Shown: in pieces, positions 13,396-26,610 of the stretch
Layout of the letters: every line of letters begins with the position of its first letter
Numbering within the stretch: position 1 is the first letter of the stretch
The notes under the pieces: generated by a model
What the model saw: only the letters and a program-made list of their open reading frames with translations
Database searches by the model: none
What the model was told of the DNA's origin: nothing
Source: Vicugna vicugna
Lineage: Eukaryota
Length of the DNA: 64,000 nt
Assembly: GCA_013265495.1 (NCBI GenBank)
Contig: MU058221.1
Coordinates: forward strand, 4,094,001 to 4,158,000
Reading direction: 5' to 3'
Position numbers and translations under genes: made by a program

Positions 13396-14290
13396 TTTTT
13401 CTTTCAGTTTGCTGAGATACAGTTGACATGTAACACTGCATAATTTAAGGTGTACAGTGCAACGAGCTTCAGATCGGCTGGGACCTGGGACCCTTTCCCT
13501 GCACTTGCCCCTGGATGAAAATCTTCTCAAGCAACAGAATACAAAGAAACTGTAAGGGACTAAAAATGACTGCATTCATGAGCAGTTGGGGCAATTATGA
13601 ACAATTAGATGAAAAACAGCCACAAATCATTTGCCATTTCTGAGATGCCAGGAGCAAAAGCAGGGGACTACACATGATCCCCGCACGCAGCACCACCAGG
13701 GTGGGCGGGCACACCAGCTAAGCCACCCCCTGGCCTGACCCACTGAGCTACCCCAGCCTCACCCTGTTTAAGGAACCAGCTCACCTCCACTCGAGGAGTG
13801 AACAAGAGAACGTGTTACGTGTTTTCACTCCCCAGTGCTGCAGCATGAGCCCCATGAAGCCTCGCTGAGATTCTTCATCTGGCCTCTTACTAATTTCTAC
13901 TGATTCAGGAATCCAAGGGCCCACACTGGTACCAACTTGGCATATGTATGCATTGCAGAATGATTGCCACATTAAGTTAAGTCAACACCCATTACCTCAT
14001 AGAGCTACACAAGTTGTTTTTTTTTTTTTTTTGCCTTGTGATGAAGACTTTTCAGATCTACTCTCTCAGAAATTTCCAAATATACCACATAGTGTAGTTA
14101 CCTGTCTTCACCATGTTGTGCATCATTTCTCAGTAGATCCTCACCTTGTAACTGACATTTTATACATTTTCATCACCTTTACCCAATCTTCCCATTCCTC
14201 ACCCCTGCCTCTGGCAAGCACAAATCTGAGCATGAGTTGGTTTGCTTTCAAAGTCAACATATCAGTGAGATCACACCGTATTTGCCCTTC
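13396..14290 (-). mobile_element. L1MA-type 3' UTR (antisense), split by an LTR insertion
   Basis: gagatacagttgacatgtaacactgcataatttaaggtgtaca (13415-13457) continues after the LTR as gcatatgtatgcattgcagaatgattgccacattaagtt...atcagtgagatcacaccgtatttgcccttctctg. Confidence 0.85.
13469..13934 (+). mobile_element. ERV1-like solo LTR nested in L1
   Basis: About 466 bp interrupting a contiguous L1 3' UTR. Starts tcagatcggctgggacc and ends ggtacca, with a TATA-like tgtttaagga. Only an approximate TSD (gctt/actt). Confidence 0.75.
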
Positions 14291-14859
14291 TCTGGAGCAG
14301 AATCACATGCCGGCGCCACTTCCCTTTTGGTAAAACTCTCCTTCTTTTCAGTTGGAACTTGCTTCAACAGAGGTGAATTTATAGGAAATAAAATGAGAAG
14401 TCTGAAGGACAGATAGAATTTTTTTAAAGGATAAAATACAGAGAAGAGCGGATGGACAAAGACATTTTTGGATTATGTTATATATCAACATTAATAACGA
14501 GATCAGTGTCAAACATTAAACAGCAGTGTTGTACTCTGGGCACCTCTGGAAACATCCTGTTCATCTAGATTATTCATTAAGTGTGTCAGGGGACAAGTTT
14601 TTGAATGACTATGCTTCATGCATTTAAGGACAAAGAATGTTCTTTTAAACTACTTGGGATTAAAGAAAAACATTTAAAATACGTTATATTCCTCTTCGAT
14701 TATAATATATCTATGTGTGGATATTTAAATTGAATTTCAATTTATGATTCTTCCCCCATTTTCTCCGATTCAACATGGTACAGAATTAGTTTCACAGTGC
14801 TGCCAGACCTGTCACCCTGGCCGCCCTACGCATGAATGGTTTCACATGTGACCAGATGG

Positions 14860-15005
14860 AGGCAGAGCAGAAAAATAAATAGTTCTCTGTTCCAAGTGTC
14901 GGGAGACCTGGCTTGTCATTCCAGTTCAGCCAGCTGCTGTGTGAGGCCTTGGGTAAGGCATTTCATTTTTTTAGGACTATTTCCTCATCTCTAAAACAAA
15001 GGCTG
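14860..15005 (+). mobile_element. MIR SINE core
   Basis: gagacctggcttgtcattccagttcagcc...gctgtgtgaggccttgggtaaggcattt...tttcctcatctctaaaac. Confidence 0.7.
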
Positions 15006-15346
15006 AACGCTCTGCCAACTCACTCTTCTGCCTCCATAAGAAAGAACAGGAATTTGAATGCAATGTTTTGAAAAATAATTATTCATGAACATAATAATAG
15101 TACTTATATTTATGTAAATGTTATAATTCATAAGAAATCCTCACTAAATTGTCACTGCATGTAGACAGGAAGACAGTTATTTTGTCTTCATCTACAGGCT
15201 CAGAGAGATTGCTCATGTAATCCTGAGTTTATGAAAGTATGATGTTCATGTTAAAAGTTGTTACATGCTAAAAAAAAAAAAAGTACCAGAGATCAAGTGA
15301 GTTTGAGAAAAGCTAGTACAGAGTTTTAAAATTTTCTTTCCTCGGT

Positions 15347-16125
15347 GAAGACATACAGATAGCCAATAGGCACATGAAAAGATGCTCAATATGGCTAATA
15401 TTCAGAGAAATGCAAGTCAAAACTATAGTGAGGTATCACCTCACACCAGTCAGAATGGCCATCATTCAAAAATCCACAAATGCTAAATGCTGCAGAGGGT
15501 GTGGAGAAAAGGGAACCCTCCTACACTGCTGGTGGGAATGTAAATTGATGCAACCACTATGGAAAACAATATGGCAATTTCTTAAAAAACTAAAAATAGA
15601 GTTACTTAACAATCCAGCAATCCCACTCCTGGGCATATATCCAGAGAAAAATCCAACTTGAAAAGATACATACTGCCCAATATTTATAGCAGCACTATTT
15701 ACACTAGCCAAGACATGGAAGCAACCTAAATGCCCATGCACAGATGTTGGATAAAGAAGTTGAGGTTTATATACACAATGGAATACTACTCAGCCATAAA
15801 AAAGAATGAAATATTTTCATTTGCAGCAACATGGGTGGACCTAGAGATGATCATACCAATTGAAGTAAGTCAGACAGATAAAGACAAATATCACATGATA
15901 TCACTTATTTGTAGAGTCTCAAAATAAAAAATGAGACAAATGAACTTATTTACAAAACAGAAACAGACTCACAAACTTTTGGTTACCAAAGGGGAAGCAG
16001 GGGAGTGATAAATTAGGAGTTTGGGATTAGCAGATACAAACTACTATATATAAAACAGATAAACAACAAGGTCCTACGGTACAGCACAAGGAACTATATT
16101 CAATATCTTGTAACAACCTATAATG
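15347..16125 (+). mobile_element. LINE-1 ORF2 C-terminus plus 3' UTR (degraded)
   Basis: ORFs 15374-15661 ([19 protein letters not shown]...[19 protein letters not shown]) and 15730-15927 ([13 protein letters not shown]) are L1 ORF2 C-terminal motifs broken by a stop and frameshift. Confidence 0.95.
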
Positions 16126-17329
16126 GTAGAGAGTTTATTTATTTATTTATTTATTTCATATATATTTACTTCATGTATCTATATTTAAACAGTGTTTGAT
16201 ACAGTAAACAAATAAGAGTTACTTTAAGTATGAGAGTGTATGGTACAGATATTTTTTCCTTAATATTTCTCATACTCACAGCTAATCTTAAGTGAGTTCT
16301 ATTAATCTTGATGTCACTAGGTCACAGTTTGATAATCACAGTTTTGCATTCAGAGTGACATCAGCTTAAAATGACCTTTGCATTGTCTCCCCTTTTCAAC
16401 AACAAAAATCGAGCATCCATCCAACAAGCAAAAATGCCCCTGCCAAGGATGTGGGATCCAGTTCCGTGCACCCAGGGGCCCGGGAACAGTCCAGTCCATC
16501 TGCTCACTGGGTTCACAGGCAGATGGACGTCGGGTACCAGCTGTGGGCCGTGCCATGGCCGGTGAACCAGCTCTAGCCCCTCCAGCCATGGTCCTGGAAC
16601 CCCTGCAGCACACTGCCTTGGACTGTCACCCAGACTTGAGAGAACTCTCGTGGGGGTCTAGGCTTACAGAGAAATTCCAGTACTGTGTCAGAGCCAAGAT
16701 CTAGACATTTGGATGCACTGGAGAGGGGCTGAGCCGGCACCCCACCTTCCCCAAGTTGGCAACACTGCAGCTAAGTGAGTCCTTCTCAGGCTGTGGTTTT
16801 TCCCGCAGGAGGAGCAAGGAGCAGGTGGGTGGGCACCTGGCTCCCCAGCTGCGTGGGACACCTCCACAGAGACTCACTGTTCTCTTGCAGCCTCCGGAGC
16901 ACTAACTCAGGAGCCCCACGCCTGGGGTGAGGACAAACAGGAGCCCGGTAGTTAGGATTTTTAGAGGGCACTGAAGGATGCGGTTCCTGCTGACCATGCT
17001 GTTTATTCCATCAGGAAACCTGCCCAGAAGCCGCCGGGAAAGCCTCACGCCCCGATCCTGCCAGCTGTCACACAGGCACCTCCACGGCTGTCGCCCACGC
17101 CTCCCCGCGCTCTGTGGCCGGCTGCCTGTGCCAGCCGCTGGGGGCTGCAGCCAGGGCGAGCTCTGGTGACAGCTTGGGAGCACCTGCAGGACACCAGCCC
17201 CCAGCTCCCTGCAGTGTTGGTCACTGCAACTAACACGTGGGAACAGCTGACACCTTCAGTGACGGAAAAATGCAGAAAGAAACTGTGGGGGGAAAGTGTT
17301 TAACGGCCACCCTTACTTCTTGCCAGCTC

Positions 17330-17578
17330 CAATCCTAATTCTTAACGAACTAGTTATGTAACTTGGAGTTGTGCTGTTTTGTTTGTTTTGAGATTTTTGT
17401 TTGTTTTGGGGGGTTGTTTGTTTATTTGTTTTGCCTTTATAAGGTTTTGTAGTCCAGGGGAAGACCATTCCAGTGCTTCTTGGATCTATGTCTCCCAGGC
17501 TGAAGTCCTGTCAAACCCCGAATAAACAAAACTTTTTGGCCGCAACTAGGTCTCTGTTCTTGAAATTCTTGGTTAACA
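17330..17578 (+). mobile_element. ERV1-type LTR 3' portion (MER34/MER39-like, tentative)
   Basis: TATA-like tttataagg, then tctcccaggctgaagtcct, AATAAA at 17521 and terminal ggttaaca. Confidence 0.6.
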
Positions 17579-17965
17579 GTGCAATGGAATATATTTAGTC
17601 ATAAAAGGAAATGAAGTAGTGTTACGTGCTATACCACAGATAAATCTTGGCTACATTATGTTAAGTAAAAGAAGCCAAACACAACACAAGAAGCCACACG
17701 ATTCCATGAATATGGTATACCAAGAAGAGGCCAAACCACAGACACGGGAATCGGATCAGTGTTTGTCAGACACATGGGGAGGAGGGACTGAGAGCAATTG
17801 CTTAATGGCAACAGGGTTCCCTTTTATGATAATAGAAATATTTTGGAACATAATTGAGATGGCTGTACAACATTGTGACTATAATAAATGCTACTGATTT
17901 GTACACCTAAAATATTTAAAATGGGAAATTTTATGTTACGTGTATTTTATCATAATAAAAAATTT
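17579..17965 (+). mobile_element. Old L1 (L1MB/MC-like) 3' end
   Basis: caatggaatatatttagtcataaaaggaaatgaagta...ttatgttaagtaaaagaagcca...aattttatgttacgtgtattttatcataataaaaa. Confidence 0.85.
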
Positions 17966-18810
17966 TGTTTTGAATGGCCCTAAAGTAGCAATTTTATAAG
18001 GGGAAATTCTATAAGCTCTCAAAATTGTTCATTGGTTATTTCTCTTAAAGATATTTGTGTGAGCTCATCAAATATATCAAATAGTAATTTGTTTTATTAT
18101 TTTGCTGCCTTGGAAGCCAAGTCTTGAAATATTACATAACAGGTTCATAAGAGATATACGGTAGATTAGAAACTCCATCTGAAAGAAAAAAAAAAAAGAC
18201 AGAAGCTTACTGATATAGGAAGCAATAGCATATGGTCTTGTGCTGGGCATTTTTATTCTCTTAGCCCAAACTACAGAAAGTGGAACGTGGAAATAGGGAT
18301 GGAAGTGAAGGTGGAAACTCACTATGCAATTTTCAAACTCTGTATCTCTGATTCAGCTCCTTTCTTCTTTAATAGTGGTGAAACTTCTGCTAAAGGGAAA
18401 ACATTTAGCCCATTTGTTTAAATCAAGAGATAACAGCCTATTTGAAACTTTCTGTCTCTGGATTTAGGCTCCAGGAGTAACCCCATCTCTCCCTGCCCAC
18501 ATGACAACCTTTTCTAGGGGACGGTCATTAGCAAACCCTTCTTCAGCATCTCCTATGCGCTCCATGCCCTATGGTGCTAGTAATGCCCTAGGTGTGACAG
18601 TTCCCAGATCTGTGCTGGCTTCCACTTCTGGATACTGTCATCTGTCAGTGTCACAAATAAAATGTAGAAGTATCAATCTTAGTGACTGTAACCATGTCTG
18701 TCACTCAGAATTGCCTAGAAAGGTTTTGCTTCAGTGAGTAAAGGTGGGCCTCACACAGTGTAATTTTATAAAGAATTTGAGCACCACTGAGCTTAGCCAT
18801 TAAAATCAAC

Positions 18811-18992
18811 TCTGCACAGGGAAATATATACAAGATCTTGTGGTAGCTCACAGCAAAAACAAAATGTGACAATGAATATACGTGTGTTCATGTATAACTG
18901 AAAAATTGTGCTCTGCACTAGAATTTGACCCAACATTGTAAAATGACTATAACTCAGTAAAAAAAAGTTAAAATAAATAAATAAATAAATAA
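18811..18992 (+). mobile_element. Young 5'-truncated L1 3' UTR with (AAAT)n tail and TSD
   Basis: Matches about 34690-34850. TSD aaaatcaac at 18802-18810 and 18993-19001. Confidence 0.92.
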
Positions 18993-20166
18993 AAAATCAA
19001 CGGTGATTCTCACCATCCCCACATGACTCATCCATCCCCTACGCTAATCTTTTTGCCATCCCTTGAGCAATGTTTCCCCAAACTCACCATCTGGTTCTTT
19101 AAAAAGAAACAGCTTCTTTTTGAAAAATACCTTTATATGTTTTCTCCAAAACTCGTATGCATTGCTCATTAAAAGTTAACCCTTCTTTCGGTGTCTCTCT
19201 CAAACCTACAGCACTTCAGAAGATTAAGTGAAACATTGCTGATTGGGATGTTCTAGGAAAATGACCTACTGGAAAGTCACTTTTTTCCCTACACAAGTGT
19301 ATCTTACATATTTTAAAGCCAATGAATACTTCTGTGACTGCCACTTAGTCATAAGTTATATAACAGAATGAAGTTCATTGCTTGACTCACAGGAAGTTCT
19401 CATTCAATATGTTTCTCTCCCGCAGCTCAACCCTCCCTCCCCCTCCCCACCCAGCACAAGTAAGTCGCCCTTAAGCTCAGAACCACTATTTATCATTGCC
19501 CCAAGGATGCTATGTTGCATCAGTATTTTAACAAATGCTGGTGAGAACTTCTCCAGCATATCCGTTCTTCCTGATATTGAAATTCTGGATCTGTTTATAA
19601 CGGTCCTTCTCTCATTCCCACTGCCTCAGCGGGCCTGTCCATTTCACAATTATGAGGTCTAAGGATTAGATCTTACCACTGCAGTGGCTGCAAAAGCCAC
19701 GCAAACAAAGTGTCCTGTGCCAGACGAAAAGGAGGGAGGGAAAAGTGATGAGCCTTTTGACTTGCCCTCAGATACGGGGCTTCAGTCACCCAGCCAACTC
19801 AGAACACGTAAACAGAAAAAGCAATGTGATGGACTTCTGTCATTTTATTTTACTTGTCGGGGACAAGGACTAACTGAAACTAGTTTTACCTCGGTCATTC
19901 TCCCCCAGGAGGCTATTGAGAAAGTTATATACAGAAAGAGCAGCAGCAAATGGCAAACAAGACACCAGTTTTTATTATTTGATGATGTCGTTTACAAATA
20001 TTTTTGGTAAAACTGTGTGGACTCCCTGTACAGTGAAAAAGCCAACAGACTGTCTCCATTTCCCTCATCCACACCTAAACATGGAGCTCGTACCCATCTC
20101 CAGCAGACTCAGGTAACGGGAGACCTAGGCAGTGATGAAGGTACCCGTACACAGCATCCCCCACCT

Positions 20167-20167
<1 letters not shown>

Positions 20168-20207
<40 letters not shown>
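20168..20207 (+). repeat. (CA)n microsatellite abutting the assembly gap
   Basis: Pure CA run directly before the N stretch. Confidence 0.97.
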
Positions 20208-20359
20208 NNNNNNNNNNNNNNNNNNNNNNNNNNNNNNNNNNNNNNNNNNNNNNNNNNNNNNNNNNNNNNNNNNNNNNNNNNNNNNNNNNNNNNNNNNNNN
20301 NNNNNNNNNNNNNNNNNNNNNNNNNNNNNNNNNNNNNNNNNNNNNNNNNNNNNNNNNNN
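20208..20359. other. Assembly gap (152 N)
   Basis: N run flanked by (CA)n on the left and poly(A) on the right. Confidence 1.
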
Positions 20360-23300
20360 CAAAAAAAAAAAAAAAACAACCCCAAAACTGAAGACTGTGT
20401 AAATACCCAGGCCATTATGTTCCTGTTTCATAGATAAAAATAGAACATTTGATGCCACCACCCCAACACATAAATAAATATATACAGCTTGCGGGTGGTC
20501 CCAAAAACTATAATTTGGAATAATCAATCAGATTAGCTTTCTTTCCCTGCCGTGTGTAGGGAAGAAGGAAAGCCCTTCACCTTCTGAGCATCAATGTACA
20601 TGCAATTCTTGCTCATCACACCTCTACGCTAATCTCACTTTCTTCGGTCTTCATTTTGCTTCTTGTTTCCTCAGTAATTTTCTTATTGAATTTTCTACAT
20701 GATCTAGCAGTTAATGGCACATGTACCTTATGGATGTCATGATCTACATCTTTGTGTGTGTGATCCATCGCTAATTTTTCCACCATGAAACACATTAGTG
20801 TTTTAATGGGCTAAAATTGAATTTTCTACGTTTTGTAAATTTGGTTTCTTTTCAGATTTTTTTTAACAGGAAAATTATTAACCATTTTGTTTCCCCTCAA
20901 AATCCTCTAGGAACCGATTAGAACTCTGTTCTGAAACAGGGCAACAGGGTCCATTGGTGTTCTTCTCAGAGAAAGGTTGACAGGACTTGGAGCTGGTTCT
21001 CTCTCAAAGGAGATACTTGATTTTTAAATTATTTTCTAGAACACAAAATGTGTCATTTCTTCTTATTTTCCCTTCAGCATTATTGGGCATACAAATTCAG
21101 ATAGAAAATCTGTCTAGAAAGAAAGAATGCATACCAATATTGTTGTCTTCCATGCCTCACTGTTAACGGTTATCATGGTTGGAATATTGATTAGATAAGT
21201 GAAATTACCCAGTTAAGACACCACATAGAGTCGTCTCATTTTTGACCTGATATTATGGAAATTACAACCTAGAATCCACAGAAGGGCAATAAAAAAAATG
21301 GCAGAGAGAAAACTTCAGCCTCGTAATTGCCAAGCAGATGGCCACATATCATACAGTTAGGGTGACAGAAAAGTTCAACTGAAGATTAAAAAAGCTGGCT
21401 GTGTACTTTTGACAATGGGGACAGCGCATTTTCTGTTTTGAGGTTTTCAGGGTAAAGATCCTGGGGTTCAGATTCTGACAGGCAAGGTAGAGGGTCTCAT
21501 TCCTATTACATGGAAAATAGTTACCACACAAGGAAGTGGTAAAGATTGAATTTCACATATTGTAAGTGAACTTGGCCAGTACAGTGGCTGTTCCATACTG
21601 AACAGTCGCTGAATATTACTTGTGTTTCCCTTTCTCTCACCTTGGTTTCAACCTTCTTTCCTTTAATCCAACAAATATTTATAGATTCAAGCCGTGTTCG
21701 CTCATCCGTTGGCTCCTTTGTTCGTTGGCTTATTCCTTCCTTACCCCCTCTTTCTCCCTCCATTCTGCCTCTTTTCCCCTTTCTCTTCCTTTCCTCCCCA
21801 CCTCTCATATCATCTTCTCTTTTGAAGGTCTCTCATAATTATAAAAATACATAAAATATTATAAATCATTGTATGACTTTTTTTTTTAATTTAAGGGTCT
21901 TTGGGCACAGAGCGTAGTTATTGTTCATCAACATGGGGCTGGGAATGGAAGTGGAACCTGATACTGAGCCAGGAACACGCTGAAGATCTCACAGGGTGCA
22001 GCCAGCTACTCCCCGTGGATCTAAGCTGCCCTTACAGTGGAGCAGATCCTTATGAAAAGAGTGAAGTTTTCCAAAGCTCCACTTCAAAAACCAGGATCGA
22101 GCTGACTGCCATGACTAGGAGGTCCAGCCTTCCCGTGGATCTTCAGGTTTTCACACCCAAATGAGTTGGATACAGACACTGAGATACCAGGTAAAGTCAG
22201 TGGATTCATCCTTTACCACGGAGTCCCCAGGACCTCCATAGACACAATGGTTTAACCAGTTACAATCCAAAGTCCCGTAAAATCGATCAGATCACATCTT
22301 GATTTTCTCTAAAAAGATAGAATATGTTGGTAAAGGCATTGCTGGAATCAGTTTTCTTAAGACTAAAAACATTTTGCTTATCTGTAAGCCAAGAAATCAT
22401 ATACAAAATTTTCTTTAATAAAAACAGAGGTATTTTTCCTTCTCCAAATTATATCCATATATAGTTGAAGAAACACGCAATTAATAATAAACATTGGTGA
22501 GTAAACCACTGTCAACTGAGAAGATGGAGAACAGTTAAATGATTTTCTTCTGGGTTTCTGTTGTTGTTGGTCTCAGTTTAATTCATCTGATGTCACTTTT
22601 CATTTTACTATATAAACTTGCAATACGTATGCTACACATTTCTACGTGGGCTTAATCAAAATATTACAAATATGTTTAAGAAAAACTATATATACTCAGA
22701 ATGCAATATATTATGTTTTAGGAATACAGATTTTCTCATTGTTCTAACATACATAGATCTGGTTGATTTTTCTTTCTATGTAGGATTAAATCTCCTTTTC
22801 CTTGCTAATTTTATGGGACCAGTGGTCAAGGCTCTAGTAACCATAGTGAATATTGTATAAAGCTTCATAGACATAGATTGACTTTCATATGATTTTGTTT
22901 AAATAAAGTTCAAAAATGCTCTAGCATGTTAGACATCTTATTGCACTTACTTTTTGAGAGAAGGGTGGGGATACTGACTGGGAAGAGGGACATTTTAGAT
23001 GCTGGTGATTCTATTTCTTGATCTGAGTAATGGTTTCAGAGTAGTTTTCATGTTGTAATAATTTATAAAGCTATATGTTTATATAATACTTCATTTATTA
23101 AACAAAAAAACCCCACATTTTTTCTCAATTGCTTCTCGATTCTTTATCTTCTGAATGCTTTGGTATGTGTCTTACCATAGTCACCAGACATTCCCTGTTT
23201 GCCTAAACTAGTGACAAATTTTTATTCCTTTTCCATTCTTGATCTCAGTCTTTGTTTATTTTTTTGAAACATTTTCTTCACCACTCCATCAGATTCTGTT

Positions 23301-26239
23301 TTTCTATTTCCCCCCAGCTTCTTATTAAACGTTTGTAGCCTAGGGTTCTAATACTGGTTCTTGTCTTATTCAGGGTATAAACCAAAATGTATCCACTAAA
23401 ATGCCTTCAAATAAAATTGGCCCTAGGCAAATCACATCCCTGAAATTCAAGCCAACATATTAAACTATTTACTGGACATCTTCACATTTATTCCCTCAGG
23501 GCTGCTACTAATTATTTCACTAAACCAAATCTGTTGACCCTGTGTACACAACCATTTCCAGTCTTCTGCATGTATATATATTAGATTTAATGCCTCAAAC
23601 TAGATGACAATACATTTCAAAGCCTTGGCCCTACCTCTCTCTCCACTTTTACATTAGCCAACCCTTTCCTCTAAGTTTGCTAAACCAGCAAACCCTCATT
23701 TTGTTAATACCCAGCCCTCCAGCATCCGTCATGGCTCTGTGTCTATGCATGGCCTTTTTTTAAACAAAGTTGCCTAACATTCCACTGGTCATGTCTGCCT
23801 GGAAAATTCTATCCCTCATTCAAAGTCAACGCAAATTTTGTGTTTTTTTCATTTAGAGATCTTTACCTCTTTCTCTGTTCTCAAGTACTCCATTTTCAAA
23901 AGTGTGATTCTAATTTTGGAGAAAAAGAATCCATGGGCAACATGGGACTATATTATACTTAATAACTTTATTTCTTAAAGCTGTTTTAAACTGACTACGA
24001 TTATATATATTAAGATGCACTAAAAACACCCAAAGGCTCGTTAATAGGCATCAGGCACAAAACATTTTGACTAAGAAGACACACATTCTCACTCACTCAG
24101 CCTCCTGCTGTGGAGAATTACTCAGCTTTCTTTGGTATTCTGTAGAATATCCTTTGAAAGATTTTATTTACAAAGGATTAAAATGTAAAGATTTTGCTAA
24201 ATTTGAGTTTTGTCTTTGAAAGGATGGCTAAGATGCAGTTTTTGCTGGTTTATTTTAATATATTTTCCTACATTTTCTCTGACTCTCCTTTTATCAAGCA
24301 CATTCAAATTTTACAATATTCATCTCTCTGTAGCACTGTGACAATGTGAACACTGATTCAGATGATCATAATTTCCATTGTGGGAATTATCATTAGTGCT
24401 TATTTATCCGACACACGTGTAATGAGAATTTTCTAGATGCCAGGAGCAAGCCCATCAGTGAATAAGTGATGTTCTGTCTTCTTGTGGATTTTATTAATTA
24501 TAGTCAACCTAAGATAATATTTTCCTGGTTGGTATTTATGATAGAAACAATTCATTAAGATAAACTTTAAAAAAACCTCCAAATATATTTAATGTATTTA
24601 CAAGCAATGGCTCACTGTAATGCATTAGTGATTTTTCACTTGAAAATAATCAAAGAAATGGCTTTGCAAGGAAATGTTCTGGTTGATGCTAGCGCCAAAA
24701 ATAGACACGGCAAAGAGATAAAATAAATTATAAGGTAAATGAAGATAAAAGGTTTTTGTTCCTTCAAGTCCATGACAAGTATTGCTTTTCAGTCAATAAA
24801 GATGTTTTCAATATATAAGGATATTGACAATTACCAGAGCCCAATATAATATTGTCTTTAGACAGAATGTGGAAAGTCTGCCGAATATAGTTGCCATTGT
24901 ACATGTTTTTTTTTTTTAAGATAGTAGATTTTTAAAATAATTCTTGGTAACTTTATTATGGAGAGAGAAATACGAATATGTGGAATTTTTTCAAATAGCT
25001 TGGACAAATAAGACTTCACTTTTCAAAAAAAAAAGAGCAACATAAAATCATTTCAGTTACAATTAAAGGATTTAAATAAATTAGACTTTCTATGAAAGTC
25101 ACATATTTATAGAAATTTGCAACATAATGATGTCTTGAGAGCTGCTTCTAATCTCTTTCTATCTGTCTTCTTTGCACCTTTTTGAGAATTCCTTCCCTTT
25201 TCCCCTTCAAGTATTCACATTGCCTTTTTGCTGCTTTCCGTTGGCCAAACTTTCATAATTTCCCCCGATGCACTCTCTCCATTTCTCTCCTCCACAGAGT
25301 TTACTTTTTTTCATTATTCAGTCCCTCTGGGTCTCAGACTTGGCTTTTTGACAAACAGTAGTAATAAGGGGAAATGGTTTTAGGTTGCCCTTCGTAGGTA
25401 CAATCAACTCCATCCAGATCAAGAATGAAAAAAAAAGAGCTTGTCTCTTTAAGGATCAACTGAGATTTAGCCCACAGTGAAGGAATTAGCTTAGGATACT
25501 TAAAGGAAGCTGTTAAAAGTGAAATTATGTAAAGCACACCATTAATTTTGCAGCTCTGTTGGATTATATTTTAAATTACAGAAACTCCCCTCTTTCTTGA
25601 GAGGGCCACTAACCTAGCAGGCAAAGTCCTGGAACACCAGCTATTCAGCTGACGGTGACCAAGAATGAGTCTATACGCCCAGAACCTGCGTTTGTGTACA
25701 ACCACCAGCACTTGTTACGTGTTGAAATTTTAGGCAAGTGACCTCATCTCTCAGATTTTCTCATCATTTTCATCTCTCACAATCTTCTCTGCAAAATCTG
25801 ATCGTCAAAAGAAGATGGCTTCCTTTCCTCTTTTATTTGCCCACTTTCCTCCTTAGGGAATGGCTATTTTTATCCGTGTGATGGACACAGATTTTGAAGG
25901 TAACAATATATATGCGGTAGTTGATTTCATGGGAGTGGTTATTAGAAATATCAGGATCTGTATTAGATCCCTTCTGCGCATCTCTTGACCGGTGGGCTGA
26001 GAAGATAAGGAACCCCATCCCTTTGGTCACAGTCATCCAGGGTATGGCTTCTACCAAGAAAACCTAAAGATGGGAATGGGAGCAGCTCATGGCTCAAGGG
26101 CTGTGGAACCTCCGGGTTACTACCTGCATTTACCAGATTTTCTTAAATAAGTGTTTCTTTGCTTTTTTCTATGCCTTTAATACAATATACAGAGTTTTTA
26201 ATTTTTACTAGTTTTTTCCAGTTATGATTGCACATTAAT

Positions 26240-26610
26240 TTTGCAGGGTTGCCATAATATTACTGCAAACTGGGGGGCATAAAACAACAGGAGTGTATCC
26301 CATCACAGTTTGGAAAGCTAGATGGATGAACTCAAGGGCCATGCTCTCTCTCTGAAGGCTGTGCTGGAGAGTCCATCCTCACCTCTTCCAGCTTCTGGTG
26401 GCTCTTGGCATCTCTGGTTTGTGGCAGCATAACTCCAACCACTGCCCCCTGTCTTCGTGTGGCCATCTTCTCTGTGTCTCCGTATGTGACCTGTCCTAAT
26501 TAGAACACCCATCATTGCATTCAGAGTGAACCCTAAATCCAGGCTGATCTCATCTCAAGATATTTAACTTGATTACACCTGCAAGGACGCTATTTCCAAA
26601 GAAGGTCAGA
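26240..26610 (-). mobile_element. MaLR LTR (MLT1C/D-like)
   Basis: aaactggggggcataaaacaacagg...gggccatgctctctctctgaaggct...cttccagcttctggtggc...gattacacctgcaaggacgctatttccaaagaaggtca. Confidence 0.88.

Noticed and set aside
20017..20527. ORFs spanning the (CA)n repeat and gap
   Set aside because: Artefacts of N bases and the dinucleotide repeat.
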